From Lytechinus pictus (taxonomy: Eukaryota): 64,000 bases of DNA. The notes beneath the pieces were generated by a model. That model saw nothing but the letters and a program-made list of their open reading frames with translations, did not search any database and was not told the DNA's origin. Made by a program: the position numbers and the translations under genes. Shown here in pieces: positions 1 to 14,239 of this stretch (positions within the stretch are counted from its first letter, which is position 1; the number at the start of each line of letters is the position of its first letter). The stretch lies in the NCBI RefSeq assembly GCF_037042905.1, contig NC_087252.1:11780001-11844000 (forward strand), read 5' to 3'.

Positions 1-291
1 CTGTTGAAGCCACTATTGTCACCGTGCTGCTATTCCCTGCGCTGTTCTCTGCCCACAGTGTCAACCGGTACCAGGTGAAAGGATTCAGTCCGTTAAGTCT
101 GAAAGATGACTTTGTCAAGTTGGTGAAAACACCACACTCGTCTTCCTTTGCCTTTGTGTCGTTGGTACAGTATTCCAAATTGAACGTCTGTTGAAACCCA
201 CCATCGAACCCTGGTCGCCAGGCAACGAAGAGAGTTGAAGATGTCGTCTGGTTTTGGTGGACGATGAGCTGAGAAGGTGGATCTGGGATGG
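1..291 (-). CDS. Complete fibronectin type III exon, the only intact copy in the window
   Basis: cag|CC ATC CCA: AIPDPPSQLIVHQNQTTSSTLFVAWRPGFDGGFQQTFNLEYC...FRLNGLNPFTWYRLTLWAENSAGNS. FN3 hallmarks W, Y and LxPxTxY present. Confidence 0.88.
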
Positions 292-3200
292 CTGTATGGA
301 TTTACAAGGACTTGGTGTTAACGGTTGTGGGACAATAAGACAATAGTGTAAAGCAATCATTAACTACGCTAGGAAAGTACAGCAATATCACATTTCGGTT
401 ACAAAGGATTCATTCCTCTAAGACATTTGGGGAAGGGGAGAATCATGGTTGATTAATGAAAATGTGCCTCGGCCTGATATCACAAGATTTACCAGAATAT
501 AAGAGGACCATCGTCTCGCTATCGTTCCCAATCGTCGTCTCAGCAAAACATGTATAGTTCCCATCGTCTTCTGACGAAATATTAGAAATGATCAGAACAC
601 TCGTAGTCAAGGTCTTTTCTTGTGATGGACTTTGGTGGATCTGATGACGGGCGCTGTTGTTGAGTTCTGTACCATTCCAGCGCCAGGATATCGAGGCTGT
701 TGGTATACTATCTGATCTACATGTGAGGATGGCATTAATGCTCTTACGATCATTGAATAATCGACAGAGATTTTCAAAAGGACCCTGTTACCAGGGACGC
801 CAATCGGCCGCTCACTACTGAACCCAAGTCCAACACGTTCCACTCTTGGTTTTTTACCTCATACTTTATTATGACTTTCTTATCCTTAATTTGGTCTACC
901 AGGTTTTATTCAATAGCATGCCAAAGCGAAGATTAATGTTTGCGATCGTACTTACTAAATATATTTACCCATTTAGCCTATACGAAATGGGTAACTGTAT
1001 CGAGTAGATTGTAGTTAAACATCCGTTTGCTTAATCTATTGGGTGTACTTAACGATTTCATTACCTTCATGACTTTTTATATTTCTCTGCATGATCTGTT
1101 TGATTTTTTAACTTTAATGTCTAATATGTATACTAATATTTTTATTTTAAATTTTTGAATAATGAATACATATTGAAATAAAATGGAATATAATTTTGCA
1201 AATATTCCTCACATCTGTATTCGTTTGACGTGTTTATGCAACCTGTCACCATTGACTCACTCCCGTCCCTTGCGTCGTTGTTATGACTTGGTTTCTGAAA
1301 CAAGAAATACTTTTCCCTTTACAAAGGGTTGGGATAAGTCATACACCACATTGCTTTTAATCGGAGTGGGCTAGAACAGAAGGATACATTCTTGTCAACT
1401 TACACAAATTAAATATGATGACATCACTGTCTTTTCCAAGTGACGTTCCGGCCTCACAGACGTATTCTCCTTCATTTAAGTCGTCTGGATTCGTTATCAT
1501 CAGCGTACTTGTTCTAAGTGTTTCACTTCCTGGTCGGTCAAATTGATTGATTGTGACATCGGAAGCATTCTCCAATCTTGATCCATTGAAGAACCAGTGG
1601 ATGGAACTTGCTTTTGGTCTAGCATCTACCTGGCAGGAGAATATTACAGCGATGTCGCCAGCATCATCTGAAGTTCGACGCATCGATAGGTCCGCAATTG
1701 TTGGAGGATCTGTACATTAAATGTAATACATATACGACGTAAGATGTAGAACACCGAACGGTGTGGAATGAACGAAGACAAAGGATCTGAGCTTCATGCT
1801 TCGAAACTTATGATGACTGGTGTTAAATGACAATTTTTCATCTTGACTCAAGTTCATTTAGTTTAAAAGACAAAGAAAAGGGGTAAAATAAACATTTTCA
1901 TTATATGTAATGTCAGTGAATGTTCTGACTTATCTAGTGCTACTTGAAATTGAAGGATAAACAATATCAAGCTCACAATGAATTTAATAACCCATTGTTT
2001 TACTTTATTCACATTGTAGGTGAATAAAATACTCAATCTATTTTTGTCTAAAAAACAACAACAAAAGCACGAACAAACACATCAATTAGGCCAGTATATA
2101 TATATACCCTTATCATGAAACGAATCACAACGATAATGTTGAATAAAATATCATGTTCTACACGTTTTGTATAATTAATTGAAAATCAAATAAAAAAATC
2201 ATGTAAAGGAATAAAATTTGCTATTGATATGCTGGTAACTGAGACTAAATATCTATCTTGTTCCGACTAAATTAATTATTGTTTAAAAGACAATACCAAC
2301 TTACATGTGACGTTGATCGTTATCCGTATGCTCCTAGACCAACCACCCGGGGTTTCATGATGATGTACATTACAGACAAGATATCGACCATGGTCTTTCT
2401 TCCTTGGAGTGAACGTGAGCACACTTCGTGCCATAACTCCATAGTTGTCATTTGCGTTTTCTACTGTCAATGATCCGTTGGTCAGATCAGTCATTCCTAG
2501 ATTCCATTGAAATACAGGAGCTGGGTACCCGTTGTTGGCGACACACGTGACTGATGTGGCAATGCCGTCTTGTAAGTCAGAAGTATTGAGTATTTCTGGA
2601 GGGTCTGGAGGACCTTTATAATAAAATCATCCAGTGGGCATGACAACTATTAACGAAAGAACTTCCCCGTGTTATTCAAGTTTATTTGCATCAAAAGTGA
2701 ATTTAGTTTGAGTTTTTTTTTGTGTGTGTAAGCGCCTATTTTTAAGTTGTCTCACTGGGAATGGGGGTGGGGGTCACTAGTGACAGTTAAAGTTAATTGC
2801 ATTAGAAAATACTGGAGAGGTGTTGCTTGTGATGGGAAGAATCATAATATGACCAATATCAAAGCAAACGGTTGCTAATTGGGTCCCGGTATGAAACAAC
2901 CGTCACTGTGGTTGGTTTAGCGAGACAACGACTAACAGGCCGCGAATAAAACTAAGAATCCAGTGACCGGGTAATAATAATTGTGAAGCGCTTTGAACAG
3001 TCATAGGTTGACAAACCGCTATTTAAAAGTTAAAATATTATTATGTCGAGATTGATCGCCCGTACAATGGTAAGAGATTTTGTTCTTTTATATAGCAATT
3101 TCGTTATTAATGAACTCACCATTGACGAAGAGTCTCACTTGTTCAGAAAGTGGCATTTGCCCGGCAGGTGCCAAGCATCGCAGAATCTTGTAATGATCAA

Positions 3201-6200
3201 TTCTTCTTGGCACTTTCTGCAACGTACTCTCCGCATTACTTAATGTTACGTCCATCTTATTGGCGGTGATGGAATATGAAATATTATCCGATATCCTCCT
3301 ATCTCCCAATTTCCAGGTAATCACACCAGAAGGACGAAACCCTACGTATTTGCATGTTATGCTTACAGGAACATTTTCGAAAACGACGAGAGACTTGTTT
3401 CCCGTCTGGTTTGTTATGGCCAGAGAAGATGTAAGCTGTAGTTCTCTTGGCAGGACTAGAATATAAAAACATGGAAAACCTTTGAAAGTAAATGTTTTAG
3501 AACTCATACGTCCATGACTGCATTTTTTTGGTAATAGGAATGTACTTTTGAGTCAGATAGTCACATGATCAATGACCAAGAACGGTTCACAGACCTTTCC
3601 CAAATGGGGACAATTCTCTCCATGAAACTGAGAATGCCGAAATTCATTCGGCTCCTCTGGCACGTCTAGAGATCTAGAGGACTACTTTTCATAGACCTAT
3701 TCATTTTCATATTATGCATCTACTTAACCTTTTATCTGTCCATCCTCAGTGTGTCAAGAATAGCCTTTGTCCAATATCATGCATGCGCACCCTTGGTGTG
3801 CACCTGGATAAGCGAAAAAGTTCATTCCATGTCGGGTTGTAAAAATACCTTGAATAGGATTCCAGAATCTATTGTATTGCCTGCGAATAAGGGGAAACAC
3901 TGACATACGCCTCAGTCATCGTGACAACATAATACAACAATTAAACTATAGCAAGAATAAGGAAAATTTGTAATACCGAGTATTTGCTTTCAAATAGTAA
4001 AGAATGGAATGTCGTCAATGTTACGTGATGGATTGACTTGTAATCTAATGTGACATAATAAAAGTACCTTGAATGTAAAGACGGATGGCTGATTCAAGAA
4101 CATTCTGAAGCTTGCGATGAGATGCCTGACAACGAAGTAATTTGTTATGATCATCTTTAGAAGGGATGATGGTTGCTCTCCTGCGAGAAACGTAGCTATC
4201 ACCATCAACAACATTGATCAGATCCATGACCTGGATACGTTCAACATCGGTTCGCCATTCGATAAGAGCCGGTGGGCGTGCCCCTCGTACTGTGCATGTG
4301 ACGTTGTGCTGTTTGCCGGCTGTCATTAAAATGTAGGAGTCGTCTAGATATTCGACTCTACTCCCACTATCGGTGATGGTAACCGCACGGGGTTTTACTA
4401 GAAGTCAAACATGTTTTTTTGGAAGGGAAACAAGATTCATTGATTGATTTGATTTGTAATAGCATTTTTAAATATACGTATTAGAATATTTAATTGAACT
4501 CTTCACTACTGGGTATTTTACAGGACTATATAATTAAGAATTTCTGGGTGTGTCTCTTGATTCGAACGACAAGACAGATACACACTGTAAATTCTGATTG
4601 TCTGAACCTATTCATGGCTTGTGTTTTAATGTTTTTTTTTAGTTTTTGTTGTTGCTTATTTGCATTTAGTGTTATACCCTTCTTATGTCAACAATTCCGT
4701 GTCAACTTAAAATGTGTTATACTTATAGATTCTGCTAGTACCACTACAATTCATTTGAAACACATAATTTCCGTAGTGAAAATGCTAAGAGATTGTTCAA
4801 TCAAATGATTTAAATTTTTAATTTCATAATCATAGGGCAATGATGATCTATCCTTGAAGTTATTTGAAATAGTAATTTTTCGAAGTGAAGAGAATTTGAC
4901 ATCTATCGCAGTGGATTGTTTGTAACCGGTTATCATTTTGTTAGAACTTAAACTTTCCCTTTAATCATAGGCACCAGCTTTATTTTCTTACCTGGACTTA
5001 GTACTGTTAATGTCGTATCAGAAAAATAGACTTTATTAGTGGCAAATACTGTACATGCATATTTTCCATTGTCTAACGTAGTCAAATTGATTATTGTAAG
5101 CGATGTGCTGTGGTCATCTAACATGAACCTGTACTTTGCTGGATTAGGCTCAGTATATTCACAATGGTTTGTAGTTTTGTCACAGTGTCCATATACAACA
5201 AGAGTTTCCCCATGTTCCCAGTGAACTCTCTTATCATCATGAAGAGATGAGAAGTTGCACATAATTGTATAATTTTCTCCGATAACAGGCATGTCAGAAA
5301 TCGCTTGAATTAATACTGTAGAACGAGCTGAAGAACCTGCCAAAATGAAAAAGAAGGGTGGCGAAAAAGGCACTCCAGTAAATTGAGGGGGGTTACAGAC
5401 CTTCCCTGAATATTAAATCAGTATTTTTTTTTCAATTCTGCATGATTGATATTGATTTTTTTTATTTTTTGCTTTTCAATTTGAGGTCTTTTTATTAGCC
5501 ACTTTTATCACGAGAGTTCTCGGTCACTTCTTTGTCCTCTAGCATTAAAGTGAAGTTCACAGATGTTGACTAGAGGTTGCATTGTAATCTCCGAGAAACG
5601 AAATTAGATTTGCATTAACAAAATTAAAATCAGTTTTATTTATATCCTTCTATGAACGAAGATTACTTTAGGCCTATATCTTTTCCCTAGTCCATTCTTG
5701 AAACGTTAGTCGTACAGCTTAAAAGATAGGATCTTCTTCCTCCTTTGACGAAAATGATGACATGTGTCAAGATTTATTGCAAGTAATATCATTTAGATGT
5801 TCTCTTTTGTAGCACCCCGTCATTAGATTAAGATCAATAAATTTGGCAAGTAAAATTATCATCATAAATAATATTATATTTGTATCTTTACAAGTACGCA
5901 TCTGCTACTTGTATTTGATTTTTTTTTACCTATGTAATATAACCTCTAGGCCATATTTCTGTTCTATTATAAGTTTTCTAAAATAATAAGGATTCGTTTG
6001 AAATTTGGAAAATGCTTTTAGGCACGTTGATATTCGACTTTCATCCCTTTCAGAATAGCGGTACTAAAGCAATACATTTTGAAGACAATAGTATTTTTGG
6101 CTATAGCAAAAAAAAAAAAAAAAGACACCAGTCATTAGCCATCTATAGGTGAGATTAAATTAACTAACATAACTTTGTTTTTGTTGATATTCGACTTTCA

Positions 6201-6636
6201 TCCCTTCAGAATAGCGCACTGAAGCAATACAGTTTGACGATAGTATTTTGGCTATTACCCAAAGTCCCCCAGTCATTTAGCCATCTGTAGGTGAAACGAA
6301 CTCAAGTAAAACAAAAGTATAAAAAAGCTTAAATATAGGTCTATGATAACCATGTATATACAATTAGTCACGATCAATTCTAAATATTAAACGTTTGTTA
6401 TAATATGAGTCTTTTTTTGTAACTCCTCTGCTCACGTCCGTCTGAAATTCAAGCGTCAGCGCTTTACAGTGCAATTCAATAATGAAACATTTTGTCTTCT
6501 TATAGTGTTGGCAGGTGATTATTTCTTTACATGAATCATATTATTCTTTCAGAATATTTGTTACCTAATCAAAAGTTTAACCCTTACCTTTCACAATTAA
6601 GGTGAAGGCGAGCCACCCAAGAACGAAATACTCCAT
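1..6636 (-). CDS. Cassette C11: leader + V + A + B + C + D + complete FN3, continuing beyond the left edge (nephrin/Sidestep-like IgSF receptor)
   Basis: Leader 6636-6588 (MEYFVLGWLAFTLIVK), V 5336-4992, A 4397-4068, B 3455-3120, C 2613-2305, D 1709-1404, FN3 291-1. All open, phase 1. Confidence 0.88.
493..766 (-). pseudogene. Second I-set Ig exon with its 5' end and acceptor replaced
   Basis: Open frame AILTCRSDSIPTASISWRWNG...EDDGNYTCFAET with an intact donor at 493, paralogous to 26996-26694. Homology stops at about 766; the nearby AG (exon start 784) gives phase 0. Confidence 0.65.
6026..6295. repeat. Local direct duplication (2 copies, about 157-bp period)
   Basis: GTTGATATTCGACTTTCATCCCTT...AGCCATCT.TAGGTGA at 6026 and 6183. 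Confidence 0.8.
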
Positions 6637-8743
6637 TCTTTGTCGATTTGATAACATTTTTTAATACGATAGTACACCAGCGGCCAGTTAAAATTGTTAT
6701 AATGACAATTTCGAAGAACAGTTGAAAGCTACCGAAATCCTGAGTGGTTGATGGTAATGTTTTATAGAAATTTGGCATTTGTTATCATAACAAGACTTTC
6801 TGTAACGGGAAAGAGACGATGGACTGTAGACTATCATCAGCATCATCAGAAGATATTGAATCCGGTACAGATGGTTCTCATTGGTTAATTATTTGATTAT
6901 ATCGAGTGATACAAATAGAAAAATTAACGTCTAGTTGACCGTCGCATCCAGCTTAACATTACTAGTAAGAATATAATGTTTAACCACATTCCCTTACAGG
7001 TTCACGTGTGGAAATACATTTTTTTCCATCAAAAGGTTTTACGAAAGGCTCTTGAGTTTGTTCGAGAAGCTTGAAGAGCATTTTTCTCTCGCTCTAGTCT
7101 ATTAAGTGTATGCGAATCATACGAGGCAAGTTTGATTGATCACCTGTATATGGTTCATCGTCCCAGTCATTGTCAGTTGTAGGTTACGTCGTGCTAGTTG
7201 TGAACCTTCTCTGATTCTGATTCCAAAGAGAGTTTTCGCTCCGTAACATATGGGGATTCAAGAATGCAGTAAGTGTATTGAAATTGTCCGTCAAATGACA
7301 GATAACAGTTGTGAGGACTTTGTCGAGAAATTGTGAACTGGAACAGCACTTTTGTCATATTAAAGTTTCAGAGCTGACGAAAAATGCGAATTTGTCGTTA
7401 GTCCAGAGTCAAGGACTAAACTGCTGTTTTGATTCAATAATTTTCGACAATGACCTCTCAGCTGTTCATGTTGCTTGACGGGCATTTTCAATACATTAAC
7501 CGTGTTCTTGAATCAGCCCTATGTCGCTGTGCTAAAACTCCCTAGCTAGAGATCTGCATCAAGATTCTTTAATATTGGCAAGAAATTACATTATGAAGAC
7601 ACGGAAAGGTCAATTTGCCACTTCTAGATCCACATAACACATACTCCTACTGGATACCATCATTTGGCTACCAACATTCACCAGCAACTGATCCACAGCT
7701 TTTCATGTTGCCAAATTTCCCTCATTCGTACAAGTAGAATAATATACAAAATAGTATTATCAATATATGATCGTTATTGTTCTCATCTTAAGTTCTTAAG
7801 AGTCCGAGTGAAAGATCGCTCTGGTCCGGAACCACATGTCATGTGTTTCCTTATTAAGAAGTCTATTGAAATGCACCCCAAAACATGCCAAACTGCCACA
7901 GAAGAAGAGGAAGGAGAAAATTCAATGTTTGTCATGGATACAAAATATTGTTTCCTTTACTTATAATCGAAAGTGATAATCGACAGCGGCGAATGCTAAA
8001 TGATTTGTCTGTGCTTTTGTTATTCAAGGAAATGTGTTTCCTTTTCTATTTTCTTTTTACCCAAGTTTGGTATTGTAATGCATGAAGCATGTTTTTATTC
8101 ACAAACAAAAAAAGTTGAATTAAAAAGACATAGAATGTATCATGTATTTCACATTTATTGTTACACTGTACATTATACACATAAATATTTCACATGAATT
8201 ATCGTGTATTAAAAGCGAACTAAAAACCAAAACACATGAAATGAGATCCCTCCAGAAAATGATAAGGCTGCTTATTCTTCAATGGGTACCAAATTGTCAT
8301 TATTCATATCATGTCTACAGTAACTACAGTAACTATACTTTTGGTTCACTAGGTTGATGAATAAAGAACATGATCTAATTCAACGATAAAAGTAACGATA
8401 AAAGAACAGACACATATGAAAAAATTAATAAAGATAATTATGTAAACGTGTAAAGGGCTTAATGAAATTATAATTCCAAGCGCTTTATACACTGTAATTA
8501 TTATCACCCCGGTCAACGGATTCTGGCAAGCCCGCACACAAATCAGTTTTCCACTCCCTGGGGAGCATTCCATCGAGAGTTCAACGACTGAGTTGTTATA
8601 ATATAGGCCTGTGTACATGTACACAATGGAACAATCAACAAACATCCCCAGAATGAAGATGAATCACTCTTCTAGAACAGACACATTACTATTATCCAAC
8701 ATACTCTTAAGTGTGGCACTGATTTTAGTTTCAACTATATTAA

Positions 8744-9329
8744 AGGAGAATGAAACTCTTGGAGCAAGTTAGCTTTTGTGAAAGCAGAAAAATCAAAGAA
8801 TAAGATCAACAAAAGTTTGAGTAAAATAGGACTAGCAATAGAAGAGTTATGAGCATTTGAATGTCGAGATCACTAATGCTATGGCGATCCTCCTATTGGC
8901 AATGCGACCAAGATCTATGATGTCACAGATGAACAACTCTCCCCTTTTGGACACTGAAAATATACCCCAAAACATCTCTTTTTGCTCATTCTAATCATAT
9001 GACAAACGATTCATCAATGATATAATGTTGTAAAACCTCTGTACTTGTCCTCTAATATAAAGAGAACACTTCACCTTGTGATAGACTCTATAAAAGTGAG
9101 AATATAAGTGAAATAAGTACTAAAGTAATGAGGGAGTTGTACGTGTGTGACATCACAGATCTTGATCGCATTGCCAATGGGAGGATCTACATGGCATTAG
9201 CGATCTCGACATTCAAATGCTCATAACTTTCTTATTATTCATTCAATCTTCCTCAAACTTTCAACAATATGTTTCTTTGATTTTTCTCTTTGATATGGAT
9301 TCAGCTGGTTTCAAAGGTTTCATTCTCCT
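8744..9329. mobile_element. Non-autonomous DNA transposon (MITE), TTAA TSD, Kolobok-like
   Basis: TTAA|AGGAGAATGAAAC...GTTTCATTCTCCT|TTAA, with long internal inverted arms (about 8847-8930 versus 9145-9228). Confidence 0.8.
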
Positions 9330-9855
9330 TTAATAGTGTTTAAAAAGAAAATCGGCATTACTCCTGTTTCTAAGATAGCATGCTCGATCTGTAATGAAAA
9401 TCATGAGTAAAAAAAAAGGAACGACTGGGATTCGAACCTGCCATCTACTGCTTTCCGGGCAGTGGCTGAAGTTCATAGGAAACATTTTGATTTAAGGGGT
9501 TTAAAGGTATCCAAGCCCTCTGTGATTTGTCGATGTATACCGTTACGTACTTTTCTTACCAGGGGTTACGTCACACACTCAAAAGGTTTTATTCTTCCAG
9601 TGTGAGTTCTGCCTCATGATTCCGCTTTGGTCATACTTGAAATACATATAGTGCGTCCCAGAGTAAAAAAAAACGAAAAAAAAAAAAAACGATTGAGGGT
9701 GTTATCATAACCTAATAACAAATACATTACAAGTGACCTATCATTGTATAGCCAATCTCCTCTAGAAGAAAAGTCACCCAAAACTCACTTGGCTGCCGGT
9801 ATTCGAGTTTCAAAAAGAAAGTCGGAAGTCAGAACGTTTAATATCTACCCTTTAA

Positions 9856-10424
9856 AGGAAACCAAAACCCAAGGGAAGAAACAATCCTATTGGAGATAGT
9901 AAAAGGAGAGGAACAATTTAAAACAATTTTCATCAAAACTGGTTATAAAATAAGTAAGTTATAGACGTTTAAGAAGTCTTGTTGTACTTTCTATGGGGAT
10001 CCTCAAATTGGTAAACATTCCTCAAAATGCCTATTTTGTGGACAACTCTCTATTTGTACACAAATTTTCCTCATTATCTTTCAAATTGCCTCTTTCCTCC
10101 CTCTGACCATAACATGTCATGGGAAAATATAATTCTAACCACATGCATGTATGTCAAGGTCAGGAGATGATGCGAAGTATGTGAAAATTAAAGGGGAAAG
10201 TCTGAAAATTTGTTTACAAAACAAATGGAGAGTTGTCCACAAAATCAACAATTTTGTAAGCATGTTTGCCAGTTTGAGGATCCCCACAGAAAGTACAACA
10301 AGACTTTTCAAACTTCCACAACTCGCTCATTCAATAACCAATTTTGATGTAATAAGTTTTACATTGCTCCCCTCGTGTTATTCTTTCTGATAAGATTGAT
10401 TCCCTCTTATATTTTGGTTTCCTT
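9856..10424. mobile_element. MITE with TTAA flanks (Kolobok-like), nested
   Basis: TTAA|AGGAAACCAAAA...TTTTGGTTTCCT(T)|TTAA, plus internal inverted arms. Confidence 0.7.
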
Positions 10425-10622
10425 TTAATGTGATAACTCAATCTAGGTAATTGATGAAGAAATGCGAGAGTTTTGTTTCTTGAAAATAGTGTTTGAATTT
10501 CAATGATTTTAATAAAAGAAGATGCTTTACAGGCTTGTTGTCGGACTTATTCAAACACTCCATTTTGTTGACGATCAGCCATGTATAATGCCTTTTTTTT
10601 ATTGATGCGAATGCCCTCTAGG

Positions 10623-10933
10623 CAGGGGCGGATCCAGGATTTGCCAAGGGGGGGGGGGGCGAAATATTCACGAGGAAAATTTGACAATAAGCACAAAAAG
10701 GTGTTTAAATTTCAAAATTTAAGGTAATTTCTTCAACGAAAACAAATTACAAGCAAGCAAAACAACAACGAGGTTTTACCCAAAATTTAAGGTCATTTCG
10801 TCCACGAAAAATATTGACAAAAAAGGTCCTTCGCTTTCAAGGGGGGGGGGGGGGGGGCACACTAGTGTTGGAAAGGCATATTTACATTACAAAGGTGGGG
10901 CACGGGCCAGCTGTGCCCCCGGATCCATCAGTG
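10623..10933. mobile_element. G-run MITE with CAGGGGCGGATCC-type termini
   Basis: Terminal GGCGGATCC/GGATCC repeats and poly-G tracts. Related copies or ends at 13376, 21791-22057, about 35945 and about 62209. Confidence 0.6.
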
Positions 10934-13631
10934 ACTGTAGGCAAACCGTGAAAACACATTTTCTAATGAAATTACGGAATTGCAATCATTGTTTTAAAAG
11001 GTCAGAACTTTGTAATTCCTTGTTCATTAATAATGTATCATGAAAGAACATATATTGAACTCCTTAGACAATGAATTTTCCTTTCAAACTCAGATACTGC
11101 TGTCAAGTTTTGCTCAATCATGTGTGAAAGAAAAATCATATACATGTAGGTTACATCATATGAAAAAAAAAGAAATTCTAAGCTTTGAGATAATGGGTCA
11201 TTTGTTTATCATATTTGTGAATAAGTTATGGTAATTCATCAATAATTCTCGGTTCCGTTATTCTGAGACACACTGTTTATTAACTGTAGTATCATGAATC
11301 GGTTTGGGGGAAATTAACTTATAATGAATATTTCTATATTCTTATGTTCTGTGTAGTTTATTTATCCATGATAAAGAGACCTGCACCTTTCACAATCCAT
11401 CATGGATATGAGTCGTGTCAGTAATATTTGTGTAAGAGAGATAGGCTTGGCGATTATGCTTGTTTGATGGAAAATCTTTCGCCCGACAGGTATTGCCAAA
11501 ACTATGCAACGAAATAAATGGTTAGAATCTAATAGAAAGAATAGCTGATGGATACTGGTAATTACTGTCGGAAAGTTTTGTAACGACCATTAAATCTTTT
11601 TACATATTGGGCGGTCTCAAAAGCAAATTAAGATACAAGTAGTGAAACTGAATGAAGTTTCCCATGGAGACTTCAAAACCCAAACGCCTATCAAAAATGC
11701 AATTACACGGCAGGAGAAAAAGAGTATTAACGTTCTGTGTAGCTCTGACGATATTAATTAATCGCTAGTAACATCTTTATAATGAAATAAGATTAGTATT
11801 CCTACAGGGTTTCTCGTTTAAGTCTTTCATATTTCCTTATTGAGCGTTAGTTAAGGTTCTTCTGATATTGAATTTGCTCTACATCGCACACGCGGAATTT
11901 TTCTGTTTCATTTATTGAGGACGTCGGACTTTTTTTTCGAGTCGGTCATCTTCGGATTTTAGCAACATTCGCAAACGCGATAAAACTAGAAAGTTAATAT
12001 ACAAAAATGTATGTATATCCTATGACAGGGTGAAGGATGCATTCTTCAGAAAACTAAAGACTCGTGAATGTTAATGTCAAGCATATGGGAACAGTACTTG
12101 AAAAACAAAGCCCTGTCCAGTCGTAAGCAATCATTACAAAGCAGACGGCTGTCGTATAAAACGTGCAAGAAACACATTTCCTGTGTATTTATTTAGAGTG
12201 GATAGCATAGCCATTATCGTAGGAATCATCACCAAGGTCCATCCGTCATCTTGATTTTCTTCTAGCTGACGATTAATGATGACACAAACTGAAACTGTTT
12301 CTTGCAACCATCCTATAAGATCCATCATTCATCATTCCATCATTCTAATCAGAACGGATTCTATCCTCTGATATTACAGAGTATATTACGTCTCTTCTCC
12401 TCTCGAATCATAGATCTACTACCGGACGTCACGTTGAAAAATGACTCTGTGAACAGATTCGGAACTTCAGTGTGCTTCCATTTCACATCGTTGAACGGCA
12501 GGATCACCATCACAGATCTACATTTCCTTCCACCGTCACTGCCGCACAAATCAAATAAGTAAGACAAAATCCTTCTTTTTCTTACCCATTCCGTGTTTCC
12601 AAATAATGATTATCAAGTATTTTGTCCAGTGTCATGAAATCCCAGTAAACATACCCCCATGACACATAATGAGCGCTTGCTATGTCCTCGCAGATGTTGC
12701 TAAAATGGGAAAGAATTTGATAGACCTCTGTGCGAATGTGTTTTGAATATCACACGGACACGATCTAAGTCTGATATGAATAGAGTCTTATTGCGGGCGG
12801 ATCGATACAGAAAGGGCTACACACAGATCAGACATAATCGAAGACCGCTTATTAGCAACTCGGAATTTATCGCGTAATTATCGTTAAATAACGCATAAGT
12901 ATACGTCTGAATGGTTACATTCCAGTAAATTGCATTACATTGTTATTGTACAGAAATTAATGGTATCCTTGAAATACTGGATAAAATGCATGTAGGTATT
13001 TTGATAGTTGAGGTTGCGACTATGCAATGCGTCCCAAACGAAAGCGGAGTATTATCATACTTTGTCATAGCCAAATCACAAATATGATAGACTATTAACA
13101 ATGAACTATCAATCTACCCTTTTATATGGTAATACTGTAAGGATTATTCATTTAACGTATAGGTGAAGATAATCTGAGGAAAAACTACCTACTAGTCTTT
13201 TAGCGGACGAAGTCTGAATATGAAAAAGAAAATCACATTTCGTAAAAGTTCAATATCTGCTCTTTTAATATGAAACCTCAATTAAATAAGATAGTCAAGG
13301 AATAACAAATGGAGTATCATTTTCCTTAAACTAATGCTTGAATTTTGATAACTTCACCCAACTTACGGATCGCCCACTGGCGGATCCAGAGGGAGGGGGG
13401 GGGGGGGGCACCGCCGGCTCGTAACACAACATCTTTCATTAACGGTGTGATATCTACGGTAAGTAATCAGAGAAAGCACTCTTTTTTATTGTTAAAACGT
13501 AAGCGTGAAGAAGAAACGGAGCTTTGGTATTCGTTGGTCAATTTCTTTGATTGGGGTATCGAATTAAAGAGCAGATATTGAACTCAATGTATTTACATCA
13601 ATGATTTTGGTAGGCCATTGCACTTTTGAAT

Positions 13632-13800
13632 GGTGACACGACATTTTCTCCGGCTACAATTGCTCCGGACTTTATATATAGGGTTGCCGTGGGTTCTATG
13701 TTAGGATTAGGTTTAGGATAGGGTATCCTGTTCAATCTGCGGGTGATATTGGTCATTCCATTTGTGTAGAATATCACAGCGGAGCAAATGTCGTGAAACC
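13632..13800. mobile_element. Short MITE with a degenerate TTAGGG-rich core
   Basis: GGTGACACGACATTTTCTCCG...CGGAGCAAATGTCGTGAAACC flanked by AT. A related copy spans about 21735-22204. Confidence 0.6.
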
Positions 13801-13970
13801 ATTATGGATATGTATGGTCGCGCATGGGTAGCATAGTATATGACGAGCTGGGATAAGCCTGAGCAAAAATCACCCACCACAGCATTTTCCATTTCACTTG
13901 GAACAGTTAAAGACCTCCTTTACTTGGAATAAAGATATAGATTGTTTCCTAGCAGCCAGGGTATGCATAT

Positions 13971-14239
13971 TCATCTTCTGATTCCGTTGTGGTCTACTTT
14001 AAAAGAGGTAGTGGTTGCTACCCTGGTAGATAAGTACATTTCACCTTCGATAACATTGATCTGATCCATGACCTGGATACATTCAACATCGGTGCGCCAT
14101 TCAATGAGAGCCCGTGGACGTGCTCCTCGTACTGTGCATGTTAAGTCACGTGGTTGACCTGTCGTCATGGTCACATAGGAGTTGTCTTGATATCCCTCCA
14201 GAGACCGATCATCATGAATGGTTATGCTACGTGGTGGGG
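13971..14239 (-). pseudogene. Truncated A-type Ig exon of cassette C10
   Basis: TCTVRGARPRALIEWRTDVE is near-identical to the A exons of C9 and C11. Stops (TGA 13973-13971) before the second Cys; no donor. Confidence 0.72.

Larger units (their letters stand above)
9649..11275. mobile_element. Tc1/mariner-like non-autonomous element carrying two nested insertions
   Basis: Left end TAGTGCGTCCCAGA after TA; right end TCTGAGACACACTG. A similar left end recurs near 13025. Confidence 0.5.
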
